DNA from: a virus
Taxonomy: Duplodnaviria; Caudoviricetes
Direction: 5' to 3' (one strand)
DNA length: 30,260 nucleotides
Virus record (IMG/VR): IMGVR_UViG_3300038314_000273
Location: 1 to 30,260 of that record
A model generated the notes under the pieces. The model was not told the origin of the DNA. It worked only from the letters and a program-made list of their open reading frames with translations, and did not search any database. The translations under genes and the position numbers were made by a program. Shown one piece after another: positions 1 to 9,875 of the stretch. Every line of letters starts with the position of its first letter. The first letter of the stretch is position 1.

Positions 1-3000
1 TAAACGTAGCTCGAACACCCTTAGGTATCTTGGCAGCTAATGTACCTTTAGCACCAGCTCTTAAGCCACCTCGCGCGAAGTTAGGATTGGCGTATCTAGT
101 AGATACCAAATCACCCATAGCTTGTATATCGGCTATACCTAACTCTCTTAGCAACTGTATATCGCTTATGATACCTAAGCCTTCAATTTCTGATGAGTAC
201 TTCCTCATCGCAGGCAAGTGCTTGTTGAATAATAACTTCGACATACCACTCATGCCTTTGTACCCAGCCCATGATGTAGCAGCCATTAAGTCTACGAACC
301 AATGATGCGGAGATACATCACCCTTGAGCATAGGAGTAAAGAACTCAGGCATAGATGCTAATGCAACCAATGGTAACTTAGCTATAGTCGCAGCATTAGT
401 TAAACGCTGTAACCATATACGGGTGGGCATGTTAGCCATGTCATACCCATACTTGTTACGTAATATACGAGACATATCCCATACAGACTTTTCAAACTTC
501 TTCTCGTCTATATAGGGTATTGGATCTTCGTCCTTTTTAAGCTTCAATGCTTCTCTATTGTGGGCTCTAATCTGATCCAAACCTTGCTTTATCATCTCTC
601 TAAGGATTTCATCATTCTTGCCAAAACGTTTAGCATACTCTACCCGTTCTACAGCTTTCTGAATGAATCGTGGTACCACAGCTTGCATATCATCTAGTAC
701 TAGTCCGAGATCTATAAGATCACTTGTGTTAAGCATATCAAGATACTCTTGTACTTTCAGATCCTTCTCTATATCTTTCTCGGTTCTAGTCTGATCAGCC
801 TTGATATTCGTCCATTCGCCTTGTACAAAGCCACCTGAGTTTATAACTACGTCATACAGGTCATCTACCGTAATATCAGCATCTTCGAAGATAGGCGTTG
901 TACTACCTGGCGGCGAAAACTTATCTGAAATTTCTTTGAGAAACTGTGCCTTACCCTCACGGGTAGCCAACCATTCGATATTCCATACGCGAGGAATAAG
1001 AGTATCACCAGCACCACGTAAGTCTAATGGCTCTTTCAGTCCTTTAGTTTCTTGCTGGGCATAAGCATAGATATCACCCAACAGAGACTTAAGCTCTGTC
1101 GCGGCTTGTTCAATCTCAGGGTTAGAGAAACTCACATCTTTGCCAGCTAGAAAATCTACTAGTTGTGCATTCTCTGCAGGTTCGATAACACCCTTACGGT
1201 TAGTAGCAGCTGCAAAGATCTTAGACAGCGCAGAATAGAATTCTCCAGTTCTCAATGATACGTCTTGAACGAGATCTGTACCACCTTCTAAACCCTCTGC
1301 GCGCTGCGCCGATGAGTGATGTCGCTGTATAAGATCGGCAATTTGGTCAGCAGCGGTAATGGTACCCTTAGCCGTGCCAAAGCGAGTGTTCTTGTTTACG
1401 TCCCGTATAGCTTGCACGGGCTTGCCATACAAGAAACTAGTCAGTTTATACCAGAAGCTGTCGTTAAAGTGTTCTGTATATCCCTTCTTACCACCTCGTT
1501 TCTTTTTTGAGTGCAAGATATTGTTAACGGCGTCTACAGCTTCCATAGCCAGAGTAACATCATTAAACAAAACATCTGCGCGTTCTTGCGGGGGTCCAAA
1601 TAAAGCGCCTATATATTGCTCTCTATTTCCACCTGTATATAGTTCATTTATTGCAGCACCACTACTACCAAAATCTACAGGTTTGAAATCTGGCAACGTC
1701 TGTGTAGGGAATTTATCTCCATGCATATCTAAAAATGCTTTTAATGCATTTTGATGAGCCTCTAAAAATCCAGTATCATTATTTGCCAGTTGTTTACCAA
1801 CCTCCTTGTACCAATCATCCAAAACACTTTGTGCTTCTACTAATTCTTCCCACGAAGATATATTATTTAATCCTTGTTTGTATTTGTTCAAAAACTGCGG
1901 CATCATTGTGTAGTTTTCTTCGCTGAAAACCCTAAAAAATTGCGTCCGCTCTAAATCGGATAAAGTCTCCTCGTATAGCTTTATTATTCTTTGAGGTGTA
2001 GCAACTTCATCCATCTCTAAAGCATGCTCTCTACTCCAGTATCTTCCACGCGTATGAGCGTTCATCTCTGCTACTGCACTACCCAAGCGCGTCGGCTCAC
2101 CCCAAATGCTTTCGTATAACCCCCGTTTTATACTATCGGGTGGGTTTGTATTGTATTTTTTTGCCCATTTATATACTGCTTCTATTTTTTGTTCTAAAGT
2201 AGCTCCGCGTAATGTATCCTTACCAGTTACTGAAGAAACCACACTCTTCCAGTTAACTAACTTCTGACTGACTTTTTTCTTTGCTGCTGGATTTATAGCC
2301 CTATCAAAAGTTTTTTGATCTACCTGATGTATTTCACCATTATTCGTAACGATGTAGTTTAACTTATTACTCATAACACTGCCAGAAGAGTGCGTAAGCA
2401 TATCATCATAAGGATAAGCTTTAAAAGCAACGGCTTCTTGATTCTTATACCAAGCAGGCGTGGACATACCTTGGCCTTGCTTAGCTAACGTAGCCGCTCT
2501 TGCAACGCTATTGGAAGGGTTCTTTACCTTGCTGAATACTACATCATCATCTACGCTCATAGAGTCTAGATCAACTACCTCACCCTGTACAGTACGCTCT
2601 TGACCTGCTACTGTGAATGTGGTATCATCCTCTGTAAGGTTGTCATCCTTAAGTCTATCAAACCAAGTGGGATCATAATTTGTGATGTTAGATTTATCTG
2701 TCCACATACGTCTTGCGTCAGCAGGAGTGAACGGACCTTCTTGAGAGGGTATACGAGTAACTTTACCAGCCTCTTCTGCCGCTTTTACTTGCGCCGCTCG
2801 CTTTGCCGCTTGCTTCTCTTTATATTCTGCTTGTTTAAAACCTCTTTGATCTTTCTGCCAAGCCTTAAATTCAGCAAGTTCTGATGGACTCTTAAACTCT
2901 GCAGGTGCGCGTAAGAAAGCTAATCGTTCTCTACGACTACCAAGTTCTCGCATGTTGTCACCATCAAGCCATGCCTTCTCTTCCGCTGTTTCAGGCTTCT

Positions 3001-6000
3001 TAAGTAGCGCCATCTTTTCTTTTGTTGTCAGAGAGGTAGGATCGTAACGCTCTATCCTTGCCTGTGCTACGCCAACTTCTGCGCGCTCGCCCTTCTCAGC
3101 TATCTCAGCTTCTGTATAAACTTCAGACCATGGCACTATATCTGTATAGTTACCAATACCATATGTCATCTCTGCGAGGATTCGCTTTACAGTTTGCCCT
3201 GCTTTACCAGCGAAAACGCGGCGTATTCTGTTAACACCTTGACGACGAGCCTCTGCTTCTTCAGCGGTAATATCGCCAGCCTTTTCCAACGCATCTATTT
3301 CAGAACGAGCAAACGGATACGACATCTTAGGCTCCATAGGATGACGAGTACCTTTGGGTCGATACTTCATAACCTCTGCATCGGTCTTATCTAGACGCTT
3401 AGCTCTTTGTGCCCGGCGCGTTGCTGCCTTTCTTACCTTCTCTGCCTTACCAGTTAACTTAGGTTCAAACTTGGCAATGAAGTCACTCACTACATCGAGG
3501 TTGCCATCTACTATTTCCTGTGCATACTTCTGATAAACCTGTAAGTTACCCGCCTGCACGCCACGCTTCCTAGCCGGTGCACCAAATAGTTTCTGCAAAC
3601 GTTTATGTAGTTCTGCACGGGCTTGTCTCTCTACAGGATCTACCCGTAAAGCGGCAATAGCCGGTCGAAAAACTTTTGCAGCTCTATCATTAACATCACC
3701 CGTAATCTTCTCTTCAGGTGTTTGATCTTTGCGAGATTTTTTAGAGTACACGACATCGCCAGTCATAGCCTCTACGTAGCGATCGACAGAATCAGTAAGT
3801 TCTTTCACCGTATAAGGAGTTTGCGACGCTATCATAGCGATGCGATCTTTTAGAGTTCCATCCTCTGCAGCTTCTGAAATCGGTGAGTCAGCATCATAAA
3901 CGCTGATTATATTCTCTATAGTCTCTATATAACGAGCTGTATCTGCATTCTCTTCGGCTTTCTCATCTCTAGCCGCCTGTTCTTTTGCTTTCTTTTCATC
4001 TTTTGCTTGTTGCTCTGCCCTCCTAGCTTCCGCTTCGCGCTTGTTAAAAGCGTCTATTTTCTCTTGATAAGCTTTATCTTCTGCTCGTGCTACATCCATA
4101 TCAAAGTCATCGAATGCTTCATTGACAGAAACTAAACCTTCACTTGGAGGTAGTTTTCCCGCTTCCGCAGCCTCTACCATTCCTGGCACAGGCGAAGCAC
4201 GAGGTATACCAGTAGCTGTTGGTATAACGGTAGTTTCTGGAACGGTCGCTGGTGTTGCGGCTAGCGATGGAACAGCCGCCACTGCTGCACCGGTAAGAAT
4301 CTTTTTGGTAGCTTCTCTTCGCGCTGCTCCCTTCTCACTTAATGGTTTGTCTGTAGATTTTTTAGATGCTGCTAATGGAAGTGCAGGTATAGTTTCAGTT
4401 GCAGTTTCTCTTGTGATAGGTACAACGTTGTCTGCTTCTGCTTCCACTTCAGCTAAAGCATCAGCTCGGGCAGCGTCTATGGCTTCCTGTCTAGCCATAT
4501 CTTCTCGACTCTCTAACCTGAAACGTGCGGCGCTAACGCCACCTTTTAAATCTTCTGCAGTAAGCGTTGCTAAATCCTTAACAATATTACGGATATTTGT
4601 TTCAGCAGATACCTGACCAGGAAGTATTCTACCAGCAAAGTTCTTTATCGCCAAACCTAACTTTTTGTTAGTTTTGAAATCATTCTCACTTAATGAGTTG
4701 ACCCATTCTTCAGCGGCATTGCGTTGTTGATTTGGATTATTATCTATATCAGGGAAATCATGAACATAATCAGATTTATCTATCCAAGCTTTAATTGCGG
4801 CTTCGTTATCTCTATATATTTTCGCGGTCAACTTAGGGAAGCGATTTAAACCAGCATGCCCAATAGCTTCATGGCCAATTACTCTTCTAATCGCATTCAT
4901 AATAGGTGCAAAATTTGTAAACTTAGCACCATCTCCCATAGCGTCTATCGTGCCTGGTATAGATACAACAACTTGATTGGTATCTCTATTATATGTACCT
5001 TCTGGAATAGTTCCCTCTGCTTCTAATCGTGGATCTCTTATAAAATCATTAATGATAACAACGTCAACACCAGGTGCTATCTTCTCCGCGTGCTCCTTAG
5101 CTCGCAGTTCTAGTCTATCGATGTATTCTTGTTGTGTCTCTGTGAGTTGCTCGCCAAGGCGTATCCTATTCAACGCATCTACTGTTTCTACTAATGCAGC
5201 GCCTTTCATCTGTCCAGCTACAGGGGCGACTTCTAATGGGACAAAAGCTCCCCTACCCATACCACCAGCGAATGCTCCAGTTACCGTTTGATGTAAAATT
5301 CTTTCTCGTACGTCTTCTATGCCACCATACACCTCATTAACAACATAATTCATGTAAGCATCAAGACCTCTTGTGCTTAACAATTCTTGTGCTTCCCTAC
5401 GTTGAGCGGGATTCATATCCGTGAATAGTTGCATGATACCCGTAGAGCCTTCTTGTACACCTTCCGCTGCGAAACCTAGACCAACGCTTCTAGCGAATTT
5501 ATCTGCTATAAACATGGCTAGTTGCACTTTATTTTTAGGTATCTTTGTTCTACTAGGTGTTTTGGGTGCCCGTTTAATCCACGCTTGCATAGCTACAAGT
5601 TCGGGTGCTAATTCTGTTACACCAGCTTCGAATAAAGATTGTAACTCACCTATAGCTTCTTGATTCTGCCACTGCGCAACGTTCCAATCTGCTTGGTCTT
5701 GACCACCAACCATAGCAGCAAACCATACGCCGCCAGCTAAACCGCCTGTTGCATAAGACGCAACCCAACCTGGAATCAAGATTCCTAACATACCAGAAGC
5801 CTCCACAAATGTGTTATACATTTCAGATGACATTTGGCCTTGATCTCTCAACCTAGCAGCGATAGCTAGCGCTTCTTGCCTTTCAAGGTAACCCTCTACT
5901 ATTGGTATATTCTGATCTATAGCATATTTCAACCATTCCCTAGCCCCAGGGAATTGTCGTATAAAACCTAATTCTCTTTGAAGTTTGTCATAGCGCTCTC

Positions 6001-6871
6001 TGATCAGCATATCACCTTGTTTTGTACCAACCAATTGTGGCATATCCTTCAATGCTTCTCTAGCTACTGTAAGTTGAGCTTGTTGAGGATCTACCCCCTC
6101 TGCTATAGCAGTCTCAATACTTAACGCGGCTTTCGCAGATTCCGCTAATGATTTAGGATCAGTGAGTATAACACCGTCCCTAATATCCTTCAGACCAGAA
6201 CCGGTAATCTGACCCACCGATGACCAATAACCCGGCGGTCGAGGCTTTGCTATTTCCGGATCCGTCATAACCCCAAGAGGAGAATGCGCATCCATCTCCA
6301 TAGGTACATGAGGTTGACCAACGCCTTGAGTGTTGGCTCGTGCTATCTCTTCTTCCGCTGTTCCAGGTAACTGTTGCGTAGTTATTTCGCCTAAATGTTG
6401 ACGAGCTTGAAGTTGTTCTGGAGTTAACTGAGGCGCCATCATCTCTGGACCACTCATACGATCTTGTATAGGAATGCCAGGTATAGTGCCTTTCAGCTTT
6501 TGTGCAGCTATATCCCTTTGGTATTGTGAAGAACCTACGCCAGTTCTAGCCTCATACTGATCCAATGGAACCGTAGGAGTACCATAAAACTCACCCTCGC
6601 CTCTTGGGTGTAAATCATACATATGACGAGGAGATTCTATAGTGGTTGCTGGTATAAAATTTCGACTAGTACCTGGAGATTGCTGTGCCCAATTACCGCT
6701 ATTAAACGTTGGGGGTGGCGTGATAGGCACAGGAGGTTTTACAGTGGCATAATCAGATGAAAATGCAGCGGCCTTTCTAGCCTGCTCGGCAAGCTCCCTT
6801 CGTCGCTTCTCTTCTATAAAGCGGATCATATCCTCAGGGGACATCACCGCATAAGGATCAATATTTGCCAT
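1..6871 (-). CDS. Giant internal virion / ejection (polyvalent-type) protein, at least 2290 aa, truncated at the window edge; contains a zincin-like metallopeptidase motif
   Basis: Not in the ORF track, presumably because no stop lies inside the window. ATG at 6871 (MANIDPYAVMSPEDMIRF...), 8 nt after the stop of the 514-aa gene. Hand translation stays in the same open frame down to base 2 (...KIPKGVRATF). Contains a hydrophobic Gly-rich segment (5702-5794), HEAIGHAGL (4847-4873) and charged helical tracts. Its position after the nozzle and three internal-protein genes matches podovirus ejection proteins. Confidence 0.85.
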   Translation of the reverse strand, partial: MANIDPYAVMSPEDMIRFIEEKRRRELAEQARKAAAFSSDYATVKPPVPITPPPTFNSGNWAQQSPGTSRNFIPATTIESPRHMYDLHPRGEGEFYGTPTVPLDQYEARTGVGSSQYQRDIAAQKLKGTIPGIPIQDRMSGPEMMAPQLTPEQLQARQHLGEITTQQLPGTAEEEIARANTQGVGQPHVPMEMDAHSPLGVMTDPEIAKPRPPGYWSSVGQITGSGLKDIRDGVILTDPKSLAESAKAALSIETAIAEGVDPQQAQLTVAREALKDMPQLVGTKQGDMLIRERYDKLQRELGFIRQFPGAREWLKYAIDQNIPIVEGYLERQEALAIAARLRDQGQMSSEMYNTFVEASGMLGILIPGWVASYATGGLAGGVWFAAMVGGQDQADWNVAQWQNQEAIGELQSLFEAGVTELAPELVAMQAWIKRAPKTPSRTKIPKNKVQLAMFIADKFARSVGLGFAAEGVQEGSTGIMQLFTDMNPAQRREAQELLSTRGLDAYMNYVVNEVYGGIEDVRERILHQTVTGAFAGGMGRGAFVPLEVAPVAGQMKGAALVETVDALNRIRLGEQLTETQQEYIDRLELRAKEHAEKIAPGVDVVIINDFIRDPRLEAEGTIPEGTYNRDTNQVVVSIPGTIDAMGDGAKFTNFAPIMNAIRRVIGHEAIGHAGLNRFPKLTAKIYRDNEAAIKAWIDKSDYVHDFPDIDNNPNQQRNAAEEWVNSLSENDFKTNKKLGLAIKNFAGRILPGQVSAETNIRNIVKDLATLTAEDLKGGVSAARFRLESREDMARQEAIDAARADALAEVEAEADNVVPITRETATETIPALPLAASKKSTDKPLSEKGAARREATKKILTGAAVAAVPSLAATPATVPETTVIPTATGIPRASPVPGMVEAAEAGKLPPSEGLVSVNEAFDDFDMDVARAEDKAYQEKIDAFNKREAEARRAEQQAKDEKKAKEQAARDEKAEENADTARYIETIENIISVYDADSPISEAAEDGTLKDRIAMIASQTPYTVKELTDSVDRYVEAMTGDVVYSKKSRKDQTPEEKITGDVNDRAAKVFRPAIAALRVDPVERQARAELHKRLQKLFGAPARKRGVQAGNLQVYQKYAQEIVDGNLDVVSDFIAKFEPKLTGKAEKVRKAATRRAQRAKRLDKTDAEVMKYRPKGTRHPMEPKMSYPFARSEIDALEKAGDITAEEAEARRQGVNRIRRVFAGKAGQTVKRILAEMTYGIGNYTDIVPWSEVYTEAEIAEKGERAEVGVAQARIERYDPTSLTTKEKMALLKKPETAEEKAWLDGDNMRELGSRRERLAFLRAPAEFKSPSELAEFKAWQKDQRGFKQAEYKEKQAAKRAAQVKAAEEAGKVTRIPSQEGPFTPADARRMWTDKSNITNYDPTWFDRLKDDNLTEDDTTFTVAGQERTVQGEVVDLDSMSVDDDVVFSKVKNPSNSVARAATLAKQGQGMSTPAWYKNQEAVAFKAYPYDDMLTHSSGSVMSNKLNYIVTNNGEIHQVDQKTFDRAINPAAKKKVSQKLVNWKSVVSSVTGKDTLRGATLEQKIEAVYKWAKKYNTNPPDSIKRGLYESIWGEPTRLGSAVAEMNAHTRGRYWSREHALEMDEVATPQRIIKLYEETLSDLERTQFFRVFSEENYTMMPQFLNKYKQGLNNISSWEELVEAQSVLDDWYKEVGKQLANNDTGFLEAHQNALKAFLDMHGDKFPTQTLPDFKPVDFGSSGAAINELYTGGNREQYIGALFGPPQERADVLFNDVTLAMEAVDAVNNILHSKKKRGGKKGYTEHFNDSFWYKLTSFLYGKPVQAIRDVNKNTRFGTAKGTITAADQIADLIQRHHSSAQRAEGLEGGTDLVQDVSLRTGEFYSALSKIFAAATNRKGVIEPAENAQLVDFLAGKDVSFSNPEIEQAATELKSLLGDIYAYAQQETKGLKEPLDLRGAGDTLIPRVWNIEWLATREGKAQFLKEISDKFSPPGSTTPIFEDADITVDDLYDVVINSGGFVQGEWTNIKADQTRTEKDIEKDLKVQEYLDMLNTSDLIDLGLVLDDMQAVVPRFIQKAVERVEYAKRFGKNDEILREMIKQGLDQIRAHNREALKLKKDEDPIPYIDEKKFEKSVWDMSRILRNKYGYDMANMPTRIWLQRLTNAATIAKLPLVALASMPEFFTPMLKGDVSPHHWFVDLMAATSWAGYKGMSGMSKLLFNKHLPAMRKYSSEIEGLGIISDIQLLRELGIADIQAMGDLVSTRYANPNFARGGLRAGAKGTLAAKIPKGVRATF

Positions 6872-6879
6872 GTATTTCC

Positions 6880-8424
6880 CTAATAAAGTTTAACAAATTT
6901 CTGCGTAGCGTTATCCCATTGGAAAGCACCCACACCATTAACTTCATAAACGTGGTTGCCCAATGTATCACCCTGTTGCAGGGCTGCAAGAAGATCACCT
7001 TCGCTGCGTACTTGGATATCAGGTTGCGTTATAGTTTCACGCTCATCCATGGGTATGGGTACGCGAGGTGCATCTATACCAAAGTCTCTAAGCTTAGAAC
7101 CTAAGAAACCTCTGAGTGTATTAGCAGATGCTGGCCATTGCAGTTCAGCACGTCTCGTAGTGGGAGCGTTTGGATCTATAGTAGTCACATCAAGAAAATC
7201 ATATGGTGACATTTTACCCTGACTTATCGCTAGACTCAACATATTGAATTCATTTTGTGCGCTAGTACCTCTGGAGTTAGCTCTATCTACTGCATGCCTC
7301 CATAACTGATCTAGTATAACAGTACGCTCTTGTGGACTAAGCATTCGCGCCCATTCTTCATCAGCTACTGGGGCTTGAGTGGCATCAAAACCTGCGCGTA
7401 ATGATCCTCCAGCGCCCTCTGCGCCATACATTTGACCTGCCATAGTATCTTGTACACCAACCTTAAGATCTTGACGAGAGGTTGGATGTTTTTTCATTAT
7501 TGCTGCTATACGTTTTTCAACCTTTGTATCAAACGCTTTCTGTTCTTTTGCCTCTGCTGCCTCTAAGGCTTTGGCCGTTGCTGCTTCCGCTTTAGCAATA
7601 TCTGCTTCTGCTTTGTCGCGTCGCTCTTGTCTTTGCCTAGCAAGTTTGATGTTAGCAAGACTAATTTTACGTTGTTCTCTTGCTATAGCCTCGTTTCTTT
7701 TTCTGTCTTTCTCATTAGCTAGTAACGCAGCTTTTTCTTCATCATGCTTAACTTTGAGTGCTTTTGCTGCAAGCTTAGCTTCCCGATCTTCTGCGTCTTG
7801 TGTAACCTTCAACTCTCTCTTGGTTCGAGCAGCTGCAGCATTATCTAAGCGAATTTGATTAGCGTCTATTACACCCTGTTGTCGTAATAATGCCGTCTCG
7901 TCCTTTATAACAGCTCGAGCTAACTTATCTTTTTCTGCTTGATAATCAGTAGCTATATCGCCACTAAGCGCCTTGGTAAGAATATCTCCTTCTTTGGTGT
8001 CTGTACCTTTATCTAGATATGTAACAGCTTGAGCTTCTTTATAACTAGCTGGCATAGATTCCAAATGACCACCACGGCCCATGGTTGGAAAACGAGCTCT
8101 ACCCTGAGCATCTGCTAATGAAGATGCTAAGTCACCTTTAACTTCATCAGGGCGAACCATCTGCGCCTCATCTATAGCACCACGCACAGCTTCCTTGCGA
8201 TCTAATGCTTGATTCGCAACAGCAGTTCTTCGTAGAGATAACTCGCCTCTTTGACGCTTAGCCTCTGTAGCTGTTAAAGCAGCAGTCTGTTCGAGTTCAC
8301 GCTGCCAAGGTGGCTTAGTATAACGAGATGATTTACTCTTTTTTTCTTCAACAGCACTAGGGTTCAAGTAAGGTCGTAACGACTTACCTAAATCTGCTAA
8401 GTGTTTATGTCCCCAGCCAGCCAT
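6880..8424 (-). CDS. Putative internal virion (ejection) protein, 514 aa, long Ala/Lys/Glu coiled coil
   Basis: Long ORF with TAATG coupling to the upstream gene, helical charged composition, located between nozzle and giant protein. Function inferred from synteny. Confidence 0.65.
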   Translation of the reverse strand: MAGWGHKHLADLGKSLRPYLNPSAVEEKKSKSSRYTKPPWQRELEQTAALTATEAKRQRGELSLRRTAVANQALDRKEAVRGAIDEAQMVRPDEVKGDLASSLADAQGRARFPTMGRGGHLESMPASYKEAQAVTYLDKGTDTKEGDILTKALSGDIATDYQAEKDKLARAVIKDETALLRQQGVIDANQIRLDNAAAARTKRELKVTQDAEDREAKLAAKALKVKHDEEKAALLANEKDRKRNEAIAREQRKISLANIKLARQRQERRDKAEADIAKAEAATAKALEAAEAKEQKAFDTKVEKRIAAIMKKHPTSRQDLKVGVQDTMAGQMYGAEGAGGSLRAGFDATQAPVADEEWARMLSPQERTVILDQLWRHAVDRANSRGTSAQNEFNMLSLAISQGKMSPYDFLDVTTIDPNAPTTRRAELQWPASANTLRGFLGSKLRDFGIDAPRVPIPMDERETITQPDIQVRSEGDLLAALQQGDTLGNHVYEVNGVGAFQWDNATQKFVKLY

Positions 8425-9212
8425 TATATCCAGCCTAACCCAGATGGGCCTAAGAAAGCGCCAGCCATGCTAGCTGCCGAACCTAACAAGGAACCTTTAA
8501 TTCGTCGTGGTACGCCAAGCATTGGAGCTTTTTCATCAGGACTTAAACCACCAAAATCAGGATGATCTCGTAATGAGTAATATTTGTCATACATTTGCTT
8601 CTTAAACCTTGCATCAGCATCTTGGAACTGAGCCAAAGCGTGATCGGGTGCCTGTTGCGCCATAGCGGTATCAGTACCCATAGCTGCTTGCTCTGCGGCA
8701 CCACCAGCTACATTGGCACCTATCTCGCCTGATAGTATTTGATTAGCTAACTGTTGATCTTTATAGCCTTCGTCCATACCATGGTACGCGGCTAGTTGAT
8801 CTGTGAATCTCTGCTTTTCTGCCCTGGCTTTCTCCATTTCTGCAGCAAAGGCGTTACCAGCATTAGCAGCTTGGAACTGTGTCTTAGGGTCTTTAAAGCC
8901 GGCCTTGAACTCTGATACTCTTGCGGATTCTGTACCAGGTGTGGTAGTCATGGCGCTGGCCATAGCACCGCGTTCGCCACCACGTCGCCCCTTTACACCT
9001 TCAACACCACGTTGGCGCGCTCGTTCTAAACGACGTTTATGGGTGCCTAGGTCAGTTTTACGAGCTGCAGAGCGGTCACCATACATCTGTACCTCACCCT
9101 TCATCTCCGTACCGCGTTTGCCTAATTCGCGAGTAAGAAGACTCTCAGCGTCTGCTTTACGCTTGTCGCTATAACCGCCCGCTAACCCTAATACTGCTGA
9201 TGCTACACTCAT
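8424..9212 (-). CDS. Putative internal virion (ejection/pilot) protein, 262 aa
   Basis: Gly/Ala-rich hydrophobic ends (MSVASAVLGLAGG..., ...GSLLGSAASMAGAFLGPSGLGWI) typical of small ejection proteins; AGGAG Shine-Dalgarno upstream. Confidence 0.65.
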   Translation of the reverse strand: MSVASAVLGLAGGYSDKRKADAESLLTRELGKRGTEMKGEVQMYGDRSAARKTDLGTHKRRLERARQRGVEGVKGRRGGERGAMASAMTTTPGTESARVSEFKAGFKDPKTQFQAANAGNAFAAEMEKARAEKQRFTDQLAAYHGMDEGYKDQQLANQILSGEIGANVAGGAAEQAAMGTDTAMAQQAPDHALAQFQDADARFKKQMYDKYYSLRDHPDFGGLSPDEKAPMLGVPRRIKGSLLGSAASMAGAFLGPSGLGWI

Positions 9213-9221
9213 TATATTCTC

Positions 9222-9875
9222 CTAGTCTATACCATAACCTTCTGTGCCGTCACCTAAATCACCTGCGCCCGAAGCTACGCCTCCTTCTTCTTCAACGACC
9301 GCCTTCTTCTTTTTAGTTGTTTTGTAAGTAGGTATAATGGGTGAGATAATCGGGGTTCTTACATCAGGCATAGTAGGTAATCCAAAAGCATAATCTGGTG
9401 AACGGGTTAACTTGCCTTCCTCTGCTCTTGTTCGCATCTTAGTATAATCAGAACCCAAAGCCGTACCTAGATCTCTTCCTGCTTTAATGCCTGCCTTAGT
9501 TACACCAGCGCGTCCTCTCGCTTCCTCTCGCGCCCTTCTTCGCATTTCATCAGCCATAGCGGTGCTACCATACATGCCTGATCTTGATTTCGCAAACTTG
9601 GCTTTTTTACCTGCTAAAACAGCCTTCTCATCAAAGTCTGTCATACCCCTGTCGATTGTGGCTTTCTCTAATCGCTTGCTAGCAGTAGGGATACCAGCTT
9701 TGAATGCATCAGCTATGCCAGAACCACCAGCTCTTCGCTTAGCTAAATGTTCTACTGCAGAGAAACCAGGACCTTTATGCCCCATGGTCGCCGGCATAGT
9801 ATCACCCAGTGGGATCTTTGCCATGGTTCTGTCAGGTATTCCACCTTCCACTTTTGCTGAAAATAAGCCCATCAA
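9222..9875 (-). CDS. Putative internal virion protein, 217 aa, basic and Ala/Gly-rich
   Basis: Start overlaps the stop of the nozzle gene; composition and position only. Confidence 0.55.
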   Translation of the reverse strand: MMGLFSAKVEGGIPDRTMAKIPLGDTMPATMGHKGPGFSAVEHLAKRRAGGSGIADAFKAGIPTASKRLEKATIDRGMTDFDEKAVLAGKKAKFAKSRSGMYGSTAMADEMRRRAREEARGRAGVTKAGIKAGRDLGTALGSDYTKMRTRAEEGKLTRSPDYAFGLPTMPDVRTPIISPIIPTYKTTKKKKAVVEEEGGVASGAGDLGDGTEGYGID

